A DNA stretch of 48,732 bases from Catajapyx aquilonaris. Its lineage: Eukaryota. Location: the NCBI GenBank assembly GCA_000934665.2, contig JYFJ02000131.1, positions 124,001 through 172,732 of the forward strand, read 5' to 3'. The position numbers and the translations under genes are program-made. The notes under the pieces were generated by a model. That model had not been told where the DNA came from and ran no database searches. It worked only from the letters and a program-made list of their open reading frames with translations. This document shows, one piece after another, positions 30,191 through 45,100 of the stretch (positions are counted from its first letter, which is position 1; each line of letters begins with the position of its first letter).

Positions 30191-33100
30191 ATAAAGGCCT
30201 GCTGTAATTATGAAGAGGAATAGCCTGCATTCATTTCATGCAAATCACTCTCAGCATACCTATGTATCAAAACCCAATTATTTCCCGTCAAAACCATGTG
30301 ACGATTTTCTCCTTATGCAATCGTGCTGGACATTAAATGCATTTAAAGCTGACTGGAGTGAATGACCTCGCACGGAAACAGAGCGGTATTTTAAAGGTTT
30401 CGGTCAAGAGTTTGGTGTCCGCCCCCCTTTCATCCAGACTGTATTTATCAACTTGAGTCAGCAACAGTTAAGTGCACTAAATTAATCCGTCCTTGACTCC
30501 AATGGGGCTGACCAAGCTCTAGCCGATCGATCCAGTTCGGTTTTAATCGGAAGGCTATTGTTCCGAATGGAAGAACATATAACATTCCGGACCATTTTGA
30601 TTAAGATTTACTGTTAGTAACAAATCCCCATTTTTCACCAATGTGGTAGTGCACTTGTTGTACTTATTTTTGGTTATACTCTTACCTACAAGATGTACTG
30701 TAGAAGAAACCATGTAGGCAGCTAAGAAGGGCCCCTTTAGTGTGAATTATTGCCAAGGAAAGTGCAATGGCCACATCGGCAACCTTCCAGATAAGCAGAG
30801 CAATAGAGACGGCAGTGAAATTCTAGCAATAGGCTCTTTCAGAGATTTCAGCGCCTCTCGGTCTTTTCCTTTGAAAGCCCGTACATTTCTAGGGCTATTT
30901 CCGAAGACGGCTTGGGAAGCCTGACTTATCTATTGTTGACCGCCACTTCGGATGCTGTTTCTCACTGTTATTGCTACGTTATGTGCCCCATTGTCCTCAA
31001 GTGGCAAGAACATTTTTCCCCCAGATAAGCAATGAACTACGACAACCAAGCAGGAAAAAAAAACATTATTTGCGTTATTTTAAATTATCTGCGTGTTAGT
31101 TGATATATTGTGTTATTGCATGTGAATAATTTGCTTGCCACTAATCCCAAAGCAATTACCTTCCTTGACTTTGAACCCTGTGTTGTTTACACGCTGATGT
31201 GCTTCAATCCGAACCAGAAGCATATTTGGGATCAGATAAGTGACGAAGCCATGCGCGTTTTGATCAGCCGACCCTCCCTGCGATCAAATTATTCGTAATC
31301 ACGTGCATGGCCAATGGGTGTTTACCACGTGCGTGATTTTGCATGTCATTAATCATCGCCAGAGTGAAAAGTAACTCGTATCATTCTTGTCCCGCGAGCA
31401 GCCTCTGGGATGTCCTCCAGTGCACTTTGTCACCATGTTTTTTTTTTGGCATCATCTCTCTCTCTCTCAAAAAAAAAACGAATGCTACCGGTACATTATA
31501 AAATGCAATGAGTGGCAATAATATTAAATTCTCACCTGTTTAATACTAATGTGCTGTGCAATATTTGTGGCTTAGTGGAGAGCTCTCCATAATTACGCAA
31601 ACCCCATTATGTAATTATGCACAGTGTATATGGCTTAGAGCCGAGCACTTCATAATTACAATTACAAATGCTGCCACTTACAAATGTAACGCTCACATTA
31701 ATGACCCCTATGTGGTTTGAAAGCCAACTCTGGAATATATTGGAATAGTAATAAGAAGCAAGTTTCTTCATGTTTCTATATACGCCACATTTGCTCTAGA
31801 ATGCTATGTACAGTTAATTCTAAGAAATTCAATTTTAATCAATTCGTTGGTTTCACTCACATCATGAATAATTACTGTGCGTCGTAAGAAATTTCTCTGC
31901 GAACACGTGACATTATTTTATGCACATTGTACCGGTATACTCTCACAGTCCGTTCTTCTACCAAGATAGGCCTATTACACATATTTTTTTTGAAACTTTC
32001 ACTCCCCTCGCACCACGCCCTAATTGACAATCATGGAGTGCACGCACATGTCCTCAGATCAATAATTCGATTTGTAAACCGGGACATTTCTTGTTCTGCC
32101 ACGTCGCGTCCGAAACCACTTTTTCCCCTCAACCCATCAGCATTGAGTGAGTCCCCCGGATGCCACGTGCAATATCACACAGTACGTTCCCTCACATTCT
32201 CTCGTCCCAAGAATAGCAAATGCGCCGAAGCCTACGTAAGAGAAAAGGCCTTTTGAGTCCCAGGTTACTTTGGAATTCCTGGCCTGCAAGTCCGACTTGT
32301 GCAGTCTCCTCACGAATCTCAAATGTGCGGAGAGAAGTTCAGATAAGCCCTTAATGCAGTCACCAATCCCTGTGGACCATCATTTCCTGTTGTACTATAT
32401 CCTTCTTTGTGTCTTGGAGGTGGTATAACAAAGGCAATGGGTAGTGGGGCTACAAGAGGGTGTGAAGATATCTGGAGCCTAGAACGTTCAATAGTTGTCA
32501 CTCAGACTTTTCATAAATATGCTAACGGTTTTCACAATCAATATTATCCGAGTAATGGAAATTTGCAAATGCTTGAGTCGGTGCAATCCTCACTGAATTC
32601 GCGGTTTCTTGGCAGATGGTTGCATTTTTTGCATGAACAATAATTTGGCATACGTGTCATTGCATTGTGTTGGCCGAGACACTGTTCAATAATTTTTGGG
32701 AAATACTACGGCGCCGTTTCCACGGCTATCTTGCGCTGTATTATACACTTTCCTCTGATTCAAGCAGAATGCCACGCTTCAGAGAGCCCCGGCACTCGAC
32801 CTAATTCGCAACGCAGTCAGCGGAATTCGGCGTAGAGTAGACAAGCATGTCGGCTGGTCCAGAACCTGATACATCATCCTGCCTTCCCAAAGCACTGGCT
32901 ACTTACATTATTTTAAGCAATTAGCACAATTCAACAAAATAGTAATCGGTCTCGCAAAGTTTATCTCATGCAAGCATAATAGATAATTGGTAGGCTACTA
33001 AAGATCTACATTCCATAGTGTATCGCCAAGTGAGCTAAATAATCTACTAACTACTAAACTCTGAATTTTAATAACAATTAATCACACATTTTGCGTCACA

Positions 33101-36100
33101 CATTATCTAACTGACTGTGTAAATTAACATACCCCATAGTCGCCGTTCCAGTAAAGACGTTGAATATTTTATGCTAAAAGCAAGGTAACAAGTAGTTCAA
33201 TGAAATATGCATTATACCACTCGTATGTGATTAATAGAACTCTGGATGATGTTAGCAATTTATTTTACGGTTCATGTGAGAGCTTAATTTGGATTATGGC
33301 GCCAGATGATGCGGGCGTATGTGATCAATTTTAAAAAGGGCTACATCTGCCTGAGGCGATGCCGAACTCTTCACTGCCAATGTCCATTAACATTATTGCA
33401 TGTTGCAAATGGGCCCTGTCAATATATGGTGTCATATTCACCACGTGTGATATTTCTTACTAAACTGGAAGATCATGTTAGGTAATTGTTAGCCAAAAAC
33501 AAGCCAAGAATGTAGATTCCGTTTACAAAATAATATGAATGTAATAACAAAATTATGCGCTAAAATCCTCTTCAGGGTACTTAATGAGCTTGAAGCAAGA
33601 ATGTATTCTTTACGCCTACATTCTAACGCTGAATTCTCCACGTAATTATTTTAGACTCATAATTTGTGGGAATTGCTTTTCTTTAAATTAATTATAAAAT
33701 AAATGGCTCATTTAATTACACTCGCTATGCAATTATTATTGGCCACGTAAATAACGCACCGATTACCATTAATTAATTGGCCCACATAGACTAATAAAGT
33801 ATTCCAGCATGGGTTTCATTAATAGCAACGACATACCAGCAGTATACGAGGTAAAACAAGGACTGGATAGTTGCAACGGAATTTACTATTGCGCTGGCAA
33901 TTATCTCCATTATAAATTAAGCAGTTAATTAAGGCGATGAATGTGACCGCATCACCTCACTCACTTTACAACATGCCAGTCGACTTTCTCGCCTCGGGCT
34001 ATGAATGATGAGCAGTTTCTGCTGCCAGAGAATTTGCCGTACTTCTACTGCTCACCTTTCCAGTCATAGCTGTTCTGGTTATATTCTGAACTGACAAGGC
34101 GGACAGAAGTCAGTACACTGTATCATTCCCCCTTTCGCATTCGATGTATAGTTGCATTCCAGCCAACTACGACTCTGAAAAATTGCATTTCTTCAGGCAA
34201 CAGGCAAATGAGTCTGATGAATGGCAACGGAATTGTGGATAGAATTATAGATTTACAGTGATGGCCACTGTCCTATTTGGCCCTCCTTTTTTCTTATAAT
34301 TGTCCACTAATCGATAAGAGCAATGAGTTATTAGCAGCAGGTCTGTAGTATTTATGTGTTTGTTTATTTATTTTCCATTTGCACCATCTTTCATATTTGG
34401 CTTTAACGTGCTGGCCAAATTGGTTCATTCATTCTCACCAGTACAGGTCATAATTATGGAGGTTCTGTGCAACCAAGCTGTCATGTCGGGGCAAGTCATG
34501 TGGTCCATTTCATGCATCAATCATTCCCCTTACAAGGGCAGTTCCGTTCGGCTTTCACAGTTAATGCACAAGACTCTCCATCATCATTTTCATTCACACT
34601 CCTGGCCGTTATATACGCGGGACATTGTAGTAAGGAATCGTAAATTTACGCCTGTCATTATCTATTTTTAAAAAGATGTGTAGATTCAGCGAGTATAGCA
34701 TGACTGTAGTATGGCTCACTAAGTTCATATTTCGGGCTTTATAACACTCGCAAATAATATTTTTATTTTTGGCCACATTTCATAAAAGCTTAACATTCGC
34801 TACAGGGATTACTCACATGAATATAAGTACCAACTTGTACGCTAGGGTATTTGTTAGAGTAAAGGTAACGTCTTTCATATAGACTACCTATGTACACGAC
34901 AAAATGGCAAAAACTGAAGCTTACAAAGCGTGCAAGCTAAAACCTTGATTGAAAATAGACTCTGGGTGAACTCATCAAAAGATTAATATTGGTTTCGTGA
35001 AGCGATGCATATGCATCTGAATTCTGAGAAATGAGAGATTTTGCCTTTGTGTAACTGTACTCTTAAAATCCGTACTTTTGAAAACTACTCCTGCATATCA
35101 ATCTCATTTCGCCGGATCTGAAATATTCAGTAATACGACATATAGTGCACGGTTCTGTAGCAGAGAAATAATAAATCAAGTCTGCTGCGCTGCATAACAA
35201 AGCCAGGGAAAAATCTGTTTTCAAAAATAATCACACGCCCCAAAGGATTTACCTGCGCACATTATTTTAAACAATAATGTATTGTACACGGATATACATC
35301 TGACCTACTTTTCCTATTCAAACTACTTAACGTAATGTCTTTCTGAGGAATTTGAACCAACCCCTCAAAGAATGCTCATTATAGTAATGGGACTGTCAAC
35401 AAATGAAGGAGTAACTTTTCACGTCATATAAAATAATGGGATTACTAACTTTCCCTTTGTTCGTGTCGTATTTGCCAAAAAGACCTTTCAAGAATTTACT
35501 TGAATCCTTTATGTACACATTGTAAACTAATAAATTATCCCCAAACCAACCAGACTAACACCCTTTATAACATGACAAGAAATAACCTCAGTGCAAGCAG
35601 AGTGTAGTGGTGTGAAATCAATTCAGTCATACAGATTCATAACGCACCAGCAAACCACGATTTTCTGCCACACCTGCATGCAATACGCATTTTTTGGCTT
35701 TGGTTTTCTCAATAGTGGTTTCATGGACTTGCTTGGCGTTGTAATGCTCCCGATACAGAAAATAGCAAACAAAACAAAAAAACATTGTCTTATGTCCCAG
35801 CAACTTTTCAAATGATGTTTTTTCTCTCCACCGCGAGATGCCATAGATCACCTTACTCCTCGTTAGCCAATAATGATCGCAAGTACGCCATTATCTAAGG
35901 CACAAAGGCTGTTCTGGGATGCCCTCATTTGGCCCCTCCAATATTTTGCACCTCTACTTTCCGGTTGGCTCTTCTCAATTTAGTAAACATACCCTCAAAA
36001 TGACTCCAGCAGCATGTGCGCAATTAGGACACCTTTTAAATACTACCAAATAATGCAATGCAAGTTGTATCATGTATGGGAAAAAACAAAATTATCTATG

Positions 36101-39063
36101 GCTCGCACAAATGCAGGCCAGTGTACTTTGACTCATTACGACCCACGCTGTACCTATTTACAACTCATTAAAAGGGCATGCATCTAGTGTAACTGCTATG
36201 AAAAGCAATGCTTCAAATTTTGCCTGCCGTGTTACTGAGAGCAGCAATCTGTCGCATGCCAGTGCCTTAATTTGTCAAACAATTAGTCGATAGCTGCATA
36301 ACTCTCGTTAAAGCTGGATTGTGATGGCATGACCGACACATTCCAATTATTACACAGAGCTTTCATCTGGTCGCGCCGCTTAAAACGTTTTGAAACTGAA
36401 TTACACTGCGAAATCCTGCCGGTGCAGTGTATAACATTCACACCGCACTTGGAAAACACTGGCATATTAACTTATAAAACCATGTGCCATACTGCCCTAG
36501 CTACTCACATTTCAAATTTTGTAAAAGCAGAGTAGGAAAGGCAAACAAATCCATCCAAAAATGAAGCCCAGTTTACACTGACGGAAGCGGTTTCAAACGG
36601 TCATAGGTAGACAATAAATGGGATTGTTTATTTAGGTTACAAATAATTCATTCTTATTTACCCCCAGCACAGCATACCCACTTTTTAGTTCCGGTTGTCT
36701 AAACAAACAGCAGTGTTATTGCTGCACATTGCATGAGAGACAACAAAGCATTTCATTTATTCAGTGCAGACGTGGCCTGTTGCATGAAAAGCGTTAATAT
36801 ATTAAATTCGATTTTTTACATTGGAGTTATTTCGCATCGCAATTTGCACACATGATCTCCGCTCTTCTATAAAGCAACGCCTTCATAAACCCAGGGTTTA
36901 ACGCCATAGGTTATTGCACATCCTTTTAGAGCCTCTTTCCGGAGCCCTGATGAGCCCTGAAAAGCCACGTGGGGACGCCATTAAACATCCGGCAAAGTAG
37001 TCTTCTCCTCCATCCGGAAGCCCCCACTACTAAGTCTTATCTATGCGCAATAAGGCAGTGCAGCAAGGCGCCAATTATGGGATCAGTCGCGTTAGACTAC
37101 GGAGCTGGAGAGATTCCAGAAGCTTGTTTGTCAGCGTTTTGGACCACCAGAAACCATAACAAACGAACCATTTCTGGACCTCGTGCAACTTGGCCCAAAA
37201 TCTTGCGCAGAAAATCGGCAAATGGCAGCGACTTCACGCTCAAATCCGCACAAATTGGGACTCCTTTTTTGTGTGTGTCGAGTTTGACGGCAGACTACAG
37301 TATGTATAAGAAAAATCGATGTTGGAAAGGCCCTTGCGATTTCAAAAGGGGAACAGGGGTCGTACATTGTAGCAATATATATTTTTAAAAAAAAAAAGCT
37401 TGCCAGATGTGTGCTTTAATATTCCTCAGTGTGTTTACAGTGAAAACGAAATGTTAATTTAACACCGCTAACATGCTTTCCTTAAAGCACCCCAGTGTCA
37501 TATGGTTATTTTTACAGGCGATGAGTGAAGGCAAACTGTTGTTGTTCATTCCACGTTGTGTTGTCCTTGTGATTATGAAACCGGAAAAAAAATTGAGCAC
37601 CATATTGATCAGGGTGTACTTGCCGTATAGCCTATTGCATTTCATTACAGCGGAAAACTTGTCTAATCTGATCAGCGGAATCGATAAATTCTTCAATCGA
37701 CGTGCATGATACGGTACGCTGCTCTTTCAGCTGGTCTTTTCTCTTCTGGTTGTAGATTAACATCGGGCGATCTAATCACTTACTCACGTCGTCTGAAAAA
37801 GTCATCATTCGCATGTAATTTGCAGGGACATGACACAGCAGGTGGTTGGCAACTTATTTAGGAAGCGAACTACAGTAGTAATTTACAACTACAAATGCGA
37901 CAGTTGCAACCCTCTTAGCTATAACTAATGTATCTGAGTGCCTTGTTAAATTACGTGTACAGTAGGCTATCGATTGATTTCCAAATTGACGTTTCAGCTT
38001 TAAATCAACGTTTAATTACTGAATGCTTGTGTTTACGCTGGAGATTCTTGCGATCTTTCACCCGGAGTATATTTTTACAATTTACATTTAGTGGCTCATG
38101 TTATTTTCACTGCTTTGATTGCCCAATTTGGCTTCCAAGCAATAACTGTTATATAGTTTGATGTGAGAGTCAGCTGCTAATTTATTTATTGTTTAAACGA
38201 ATAAACAGCCAATTATTGCTTCTACTTGAATTAGGCGCATTCATACTACGCAAACAGACAGAGCGCAATATTGCACAAGTCATAATTATTACAAATGAAC
38301 AATTTGGCATGCCATTGTAAACCGCGAAATTAATTGAATTATTCGCTGAAACAAAAGTGAAACCCTCTGTGAATGTACGGTAACTATAGAGTGAATAATT
38401 CTTACAGAGCCAATTAGGCCAGCTTTAAATAAATAGTTACGCACTCTGAACCCCCAGCATAATTGTTTATTCACCTGGTGTTGCTCACAAAAGTGTTTCA
38501 AGGGAGAACGCATCGTGTCGCGGTTTTATAGTTTTCGCTTACTGAGGGGAATAATATTATTCGGGTCTACAGTGTGGCAAGTTTTAATTACGCCCACGAA
38601 CACAATGCTGCAGTAATCAACAGAATCATGAACCTGAATGGGAGGCAAAAAATAATCATACAGTACATACGATAAAAATGAGGTAGGTGAAAAAATCCAT
38701 GCAAACTACACTGTCGATTATTATGAACAAACCGACATAAATAATGGTCAAACTCAGTAGTTAAATCGTCCAGCTTCAATGCATTGTATATAGGCCTACA
38801 GTGCGTCAAATCCGGTTCATCAACAGGGAAGGAAATATTTAAAAACTCCCAAATTACATGGCCCATAATATCCGCTCTATCACAATGCATTATTTATTGC
38901 CATAGCATTAGCGCACGTTAAATCCTTTTTAAAACCAGAAGGCTTTTGCACCGTCACATTTCACGTCTTCCTTCCACCTGGGAGCACCCTCCTATAAAGG
39001 GAACCGATAATGTCACCAGACTCAGATGTGAAGTCATGAAGGAAAAGGGGGTTAGTCTTCCGT

Positions 39064-39190
39064 ATAGGGATGCCTTTAACCCGGTTATCCGAACATTTTT
39101 GGGAGGCAATTTATCCCACTTTCCGGATCACAGCAAGTGCTTGATTTGAACCGGAATTCGGACGAAATTCGCAAATCCGGTGTATACACT
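39064..39190. mobile_element. Possible hAT-type MITE remnant
   Basis: Starts tagggatgc...ccggttatccg, has repeated ccgg(a) submotifs and ends aaatccggtgtatacact. Resembles TAGGGATGCACCGG-type termini but is degenerate. Confidence 0.25.
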
Positions 39191-42100
39191 CTCGTAAACC
39201 TGATTGTTGTTACTCACATAAATCTCCAGAGCCTACAAATTCCTCCAAATATTTTCCTGACTTATACTGCAGCATTTCCAGCGTATACGTATGACAAACC
39301 ATAGCATGCTCCAACAATTGTCTCGGAGACAGTCTCAGTTTGCCAATTCCCAGTCTGTCTTTTTCCAGCTTGTCACCTTTGAACAACCGAGTCATGGTCT
39401 GTATATACAGTATATGTCTTTTTGGCCAATACTTTTTTTTATTGCACACTATTCGGCATGCACTTCAGTCGCCCCCGCACACAGAATGTGAGATGGCGCA
39501 AGGGAAATCAACCACGAGTTGACAACGCGGTACGGCAGCCAAATCGATGTCAGATCTCAAAAGGCGATACTCATATAGCCTGCAAATCAATACAGAATCG
39601 GTTCCCATGTGGACGGTTTGGAAGCTGGTTTGAGGAGGCCAATTCTCTCTCTCTTTTTTTTCGGGAAGCTTTTCTCGCCATTTTTTTCGCACCTGACTCT
39701 AGAGGCTGTCGATTCAATTATTAGAGTCATTAAATCACCTGGGAGGTCATCACTGCCATGGATTACTCTCAGAGATTATCGAAGACCCACCTGATTGATT
39801 TAATTGGCTATGCGTGCGGGTATGTAATTGCATTTTCCCCTCTCGAACCAGCGGAGCCCACACATCATGCTCCGTGATCGTATATGTACAGTCCCGTGGT
39901 CGACGTTATTTCCATACAAATTAGTCCACGGGGTGCACACATCAGGCGACACTGAGAGAGATAACTGTTGACATGCAAGTCTTATGTCATACTCTGTTCC
40001 TCTCTCGCTGTTTTTTTTCGTCCCTTGGACCCTAGATTGTGCCACCCTTCCATCCAATTACTAACTTTATTGGGTTGTTTCCGTATCTCGAAATTGGGGC
40101 CCAGCTATATCTGGTAGGCAAAAGAAAACAGGGGAGAGTAATGAAGCAATTATTTAAATGTAATGAGGATTCAGCAGGAATATTATTTCCAGGCCCAGCA
40201 CAATATGGGCTCGATGTATGGAATAAGGAGCACTCTATTTTACCTTCCAGCTGTCTAATTTACATGGATGATTATTATCGTTTATGTATTCTTCATAATG
40301 CTATGAAAATATAATTCGGCGGGATCGTTCGTGGGAGTATTTTGAGGAAAGGCATTTCTACGCCATATCCCCAAAAAATAATTTATAAGCAACACAAATG
40401 AATTGATAACGTGAACAGCAATGGGATGCTAAGTTATTAATTTTTGTGCCGTTACATTATTTTGTATGTGTCCTGCAAAGTACAGATGTTAACATTTTAT
40501 CCACGGTGACACATTTCAGATAATTTGCGTATTCATGATAGCTTTGCTTTGTTTGCAGCGCAACGCTCAATGCAATGAAACACAATTACGAGTATTACTA
40601 TTACTGCCATTTATATCCTACACGCAATAAATTGCATTATGAGATGCTTCAATTCACCATGAACTCATTCCAATTAATTATCACTATAGCCGCTGCTTGC
40701 TATCAATATCAGCAAACCACTTTTATCAAAATAATTTTGTTTTTAGCTAATTATTTGTGTCATCTGCATTTCTGGTTCATGTTTACATTTTTCAACCATG
40801 CTTTTCTTCAAATAAAAAAAATACTTGCACTTATACTGTAACACTGCAAATGGCGAATTACAACTTTCCCTTTCCTCGAATATAATTACGCTTGCGGCAT
40901 TAAAGCTGCGTTTTTTTTCCCCCAAGTGCTGTAATTATCACAGTGTGTAAATTACGCATTTCGCGAGCTCTCGGCTTTTAAAGTTTCATCTGGTTGAATT
41001 CACCCCACAAAATGCGCACATCCGATCTGATATCTTTTATAGACGCCATTTCACGACGCCAAAATTCACGACACAATTTCCTCTCAAGACATTAACGTTA
41101 AAAAAGAGTAAATAATCGTTATCAGCACAGTACATCAACTTCACGCAATACATTGTTCATTTTAAACGTTTCGAATTTAATTTTTTCATATTAATTTTGA
41201 ATGCAGTTCTCCAGCATATCGAGCTTTGAAACGGAAGGAATATCAATTACGCTGGAAACCCCCCACTGTTTCAACGCTCAATAATTTTACCATTCACGTC
41301 AAAAGTTGCGGACAGCTTTTGGCATTCGCCCACCTTCATGTCCGCTGACCTCACCGTGCCAAGTCTAACACTGTAATATGCATGTGCGATGACTTTTTCA
41401 GATGACGTATTTACATGTCGGCCAAGCCAAATAATTCTGTATACGGACATGGCACTCGCCTAATCGTTGATTGCAATTTATAATATGATGTGCAATAAAA
41501 CACAAAGTGGCGGCTACAAAATTGGTTGGCACAGTTCCACCTTCACCTTTCGCGATTTCATTACATTCAACCCTCCGGACTGATAAAACCGCGGGTTTCT
41601 AACCCTATAAAACCTTCGCTTGGAACATCCGAGCCCACCAGCTAAATCCGTCCAAAAATAAAATAGGACACGTTAACCCCACAAGACCAACGCTCTCCGA
41701 TAGCAAAGATTGATGGAAAGTTTGACACACAGAAAAAAATGCCTATATATATGGCAACAAACAAACCTGGAAAAAGGAAAAGTGGATTTTTTACGCTATG
41801 TGCTATAAATTTAACCTCCAGTTAATTGATTCCTTGGAGATACACACATAGAAAACTTTGAGACAGACAGGACAAGTAACGTCTCTTCTTGGAATAAGCT
41901 CGTTGGAAAGTTCGCCATTAACTTGGGTAATTGAGTGAGATCCTCGAGAAACTTCGGGGCATTGTTCTAGTTTTGACAGTAATGTGGCTTGTAATAAGAC
42001 ACTTGCATTTTTTTACTTGGGCTCTCATGTAAGAAGGGGGCTCATTTCTTACGCCATGTTCAGCTTTTGACATACGATCCGTACTATATACAGTATAATG

Positions 42101-45100
42101 TAATATCAACAGCATATGCCTAATTAGAATATTTACACTCCTTTGAAGTGCAGGAAGTGGCTTGCCAGCTCGCATTACTCTAAATACTAAAACTGCTAGC
42201 AATGTAAACGTACTGAAACATGTCTAAACATTAATTTAATTTAATGAAAACATGGCTTACTTGTTGGTGTGCACAGCACGTTTTGATATTATGGCATCGT
42301 ATATTTTTTTTAAAAAGAACCGCAGCCCATTTTTCGCACATTTCATTACGTTTACATGCTGATGTTCAACCATCCTTGTTATCTGTTCCACGCATCACGG
42401 CGCTTAATTCAAAACAACGCCGCAGTTGAAAATTGCAAAAAAAAGTGGATTTATTAAAAGAAATTCATCAACTCGCGCTCACATACACATTATGACTATC
42501 TCCCCCCAAAAAAATTGACGCAATCCTGTTATTTCAGCTGGACAAACACCTTAATTCTCCTCGCCGATCCCCCACCCTTGACACAATTAATATTGATCGG
42601 AACAAAGACACGGCTCCGACTATAACTCAATTTTCTGACAATATTGTCTCCCTTCAAATGCGTCTTCCGCACGTCAAACTCCCATTATTCGATGGAACCA
42701 TACTTCAGTTTCCGCCCACATCAATAGCTGGAGAAACACAACAACAACACAGGCAACGACAACGGAAGTATATCCGCCGTGCAGCAATTAGCAGTTGTCT
42801 ACCTGGCCTTTGGGAGAGGTTTCTTCCCTATTTAATTAAAGCAATCGCACTAATTAGCACTATCCATCAGCATAGTGCGTATATGACGCATGCGGCAATG
42901 CAGTTCTTGGTATAACTCTTGTCCCAAAAAATATGAATCCCTTGAGGGTACAAATAGACTCAATTGAACATACAGTATATTTACAGACATTTCGATTTCT
43001 TCATCGAAGAAAAGCCAGAAACTGTAGAGCAGGTCTTCTTAAACTTTTTACGTAACTCATACTATATAGACTGCTGACGGAACAGTTAGTTGGTGCAAAC
43101 TCCTAGTTTCCTATCCCTCAACTTTTGTTCGGTGGTTAAAGTAATTGCATCACCGCAGGGCTAATTGCGTCAAATTGGGAATAGAGACGGTTCATTGTTG
43201 AAAATCGCAACTTCTGTTGGGTTGGCATGATTACAACATAGTTAGAGCCAATAAAGGTCTTCAAAATATTCACTGTAATATGAGTAATGAGGACATTTCA
43301 GTAGTCTGTTTTTCGCGACCGAATTAGTTAAACTTATCGCATCGTGATTAATGGGGCCTGCGACTCACCTAATTTATCTCGCCGCAAAATTATCATACTG
43401 ATATTGGCTCGGTGCCACTTTCTTATTAGGACAGCTCCATCTATCTCTTAGATTAACAGGCACATGATCGTGAATAAAATGATGATTACTTTTTAGCTTC
43501 TCTCAGACAAAACAAGGTGCAATATCTGATTATCTCACCTGCGCAGAGAGAGCGAAAAACTTTCCTGCATCCCCATGATTGCCATGCCATCCAACTTAAT
43601 AATCCCTCTTTGAAATCTGAGCGACATTGAGGCAGCAGCTAGGAGTGATCCTTTCCCCCTCGACACAAGCAATAAGATGCAATCTGCGGAGTAATTAGGG
43701 TCTGCCTGACTAATCTGCACCAAACACACTCCGACCTCTGACAACATTTCACATTTCACTTCGTCTCAAAAGAGCTGGAGGTGATATCAATGGTCAGGTC
43801 AAGCACACCTTTGGGTCTGTGAGGATGAACGACCCCTGGAGAGTGAGAGGAAACGCCGGTCCCCCGGCTTTTCACATCTGAAAGCTACTAGATTCCGTCA
43901 ATGAATGGCGTCAACTGTCTCTCACTTTGATTTCAAAAGCTGGCAGAAGCCAATAGCAGCACATCCACTCGGACAAGTGCTTCAAGCTATTGACACAACG
44001 CCACGAACAGAGATGCTTGTCAAAGAAGTGGTTGTTATACAGCTCTGCAGCAGCAGCGGCCAAATATAACCGCCTGCTGAAATTATGAACAATAAGTTCC
44101 GCTTCAATGCTTTTTCGCACCTTCTTTCATTCCCTTTGATCTGGATCCAACATAAAAGATCGCTGTTTGGCAACCACCGTGAAAATTTTCACCTTACCTT
44201 TTTACAGGCTTAAATCCAAAAGTTCGCGCGGGTAACAATCCATCTAAAGAATGATCAGTCACCCGGACACGTCACTACCGGCTAAATGGGACATACACAA
44301 AATGGCGGGATTCAGTGCACGTGGTTCTGTCGAGATCCTTCAGCACAACTGGCCGTCGTGTGCTGTACTGCGTGTTTACCTGGGGCAAAAAGCACACCCC
44401 CCCCCCTTCCCCACAAAATCTAGCCATAGTTCCCCCAAGCCAATAGGCGTCCGTTGCTCTTGGTTACCCCTGGGTGCCTCTCAGGAGGCACCTAGCGGAC
44501 GGAGCTTAAATCAGAATCCGCGAATCAGCTCCGTCAATATTAGGTGGCGAATTTTTTGGGAGCTCTAATTTCATTTTTTTTGCAATTAATTCCAGAAGCA
44601 TTGCTTTTAAAAAAAGTAATTTTGTTTCCCTTTTTTTAGATAGCATAATGAAAAATGGTGCGTCGAATGTGAGTCATATGAATCAATATGTCTGGCATGC
44701 ATCAACCTATCCTCATACCTATCACAACGCCAGAAGAAAGGGATGAACGTGATTCAATATATTGATCGTAACTATATGTGCATTGTCAGTGGGCAAACCC
44801 TGATGTACTCTGTACAGTATAACGGGATATTGCGAGCTACGTTGTATTGACCACCGACTTTTGCATCCGACATTGCTCGCATTTTTAGTCGGTCATTAGC
44901 ACCTACCTCCAGTCGTGTTGCTGTCAGTATATACAGGAAGCTTTCAAAAACACTCAATAATGTTGCAAAAAATAGTGTCGAAAGAATTTGCCATTATTTT
45001 GGCTAATAACATCACATTCCTTGTTGCAAAGCATTATGTTACACTCATTATAAAAATCTGCTCATATTCCTTGCAATTTCCTGCCGAGGATCAGCTTTTG

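Noticed and set aside
36969..37388. 139-aa ORF (and similar 100-141-aa ORFs at 39422, 44251, 46478)
   Set aside because: Mostly non-ATG starts, no recognisable motifs, composition typical of random frames.
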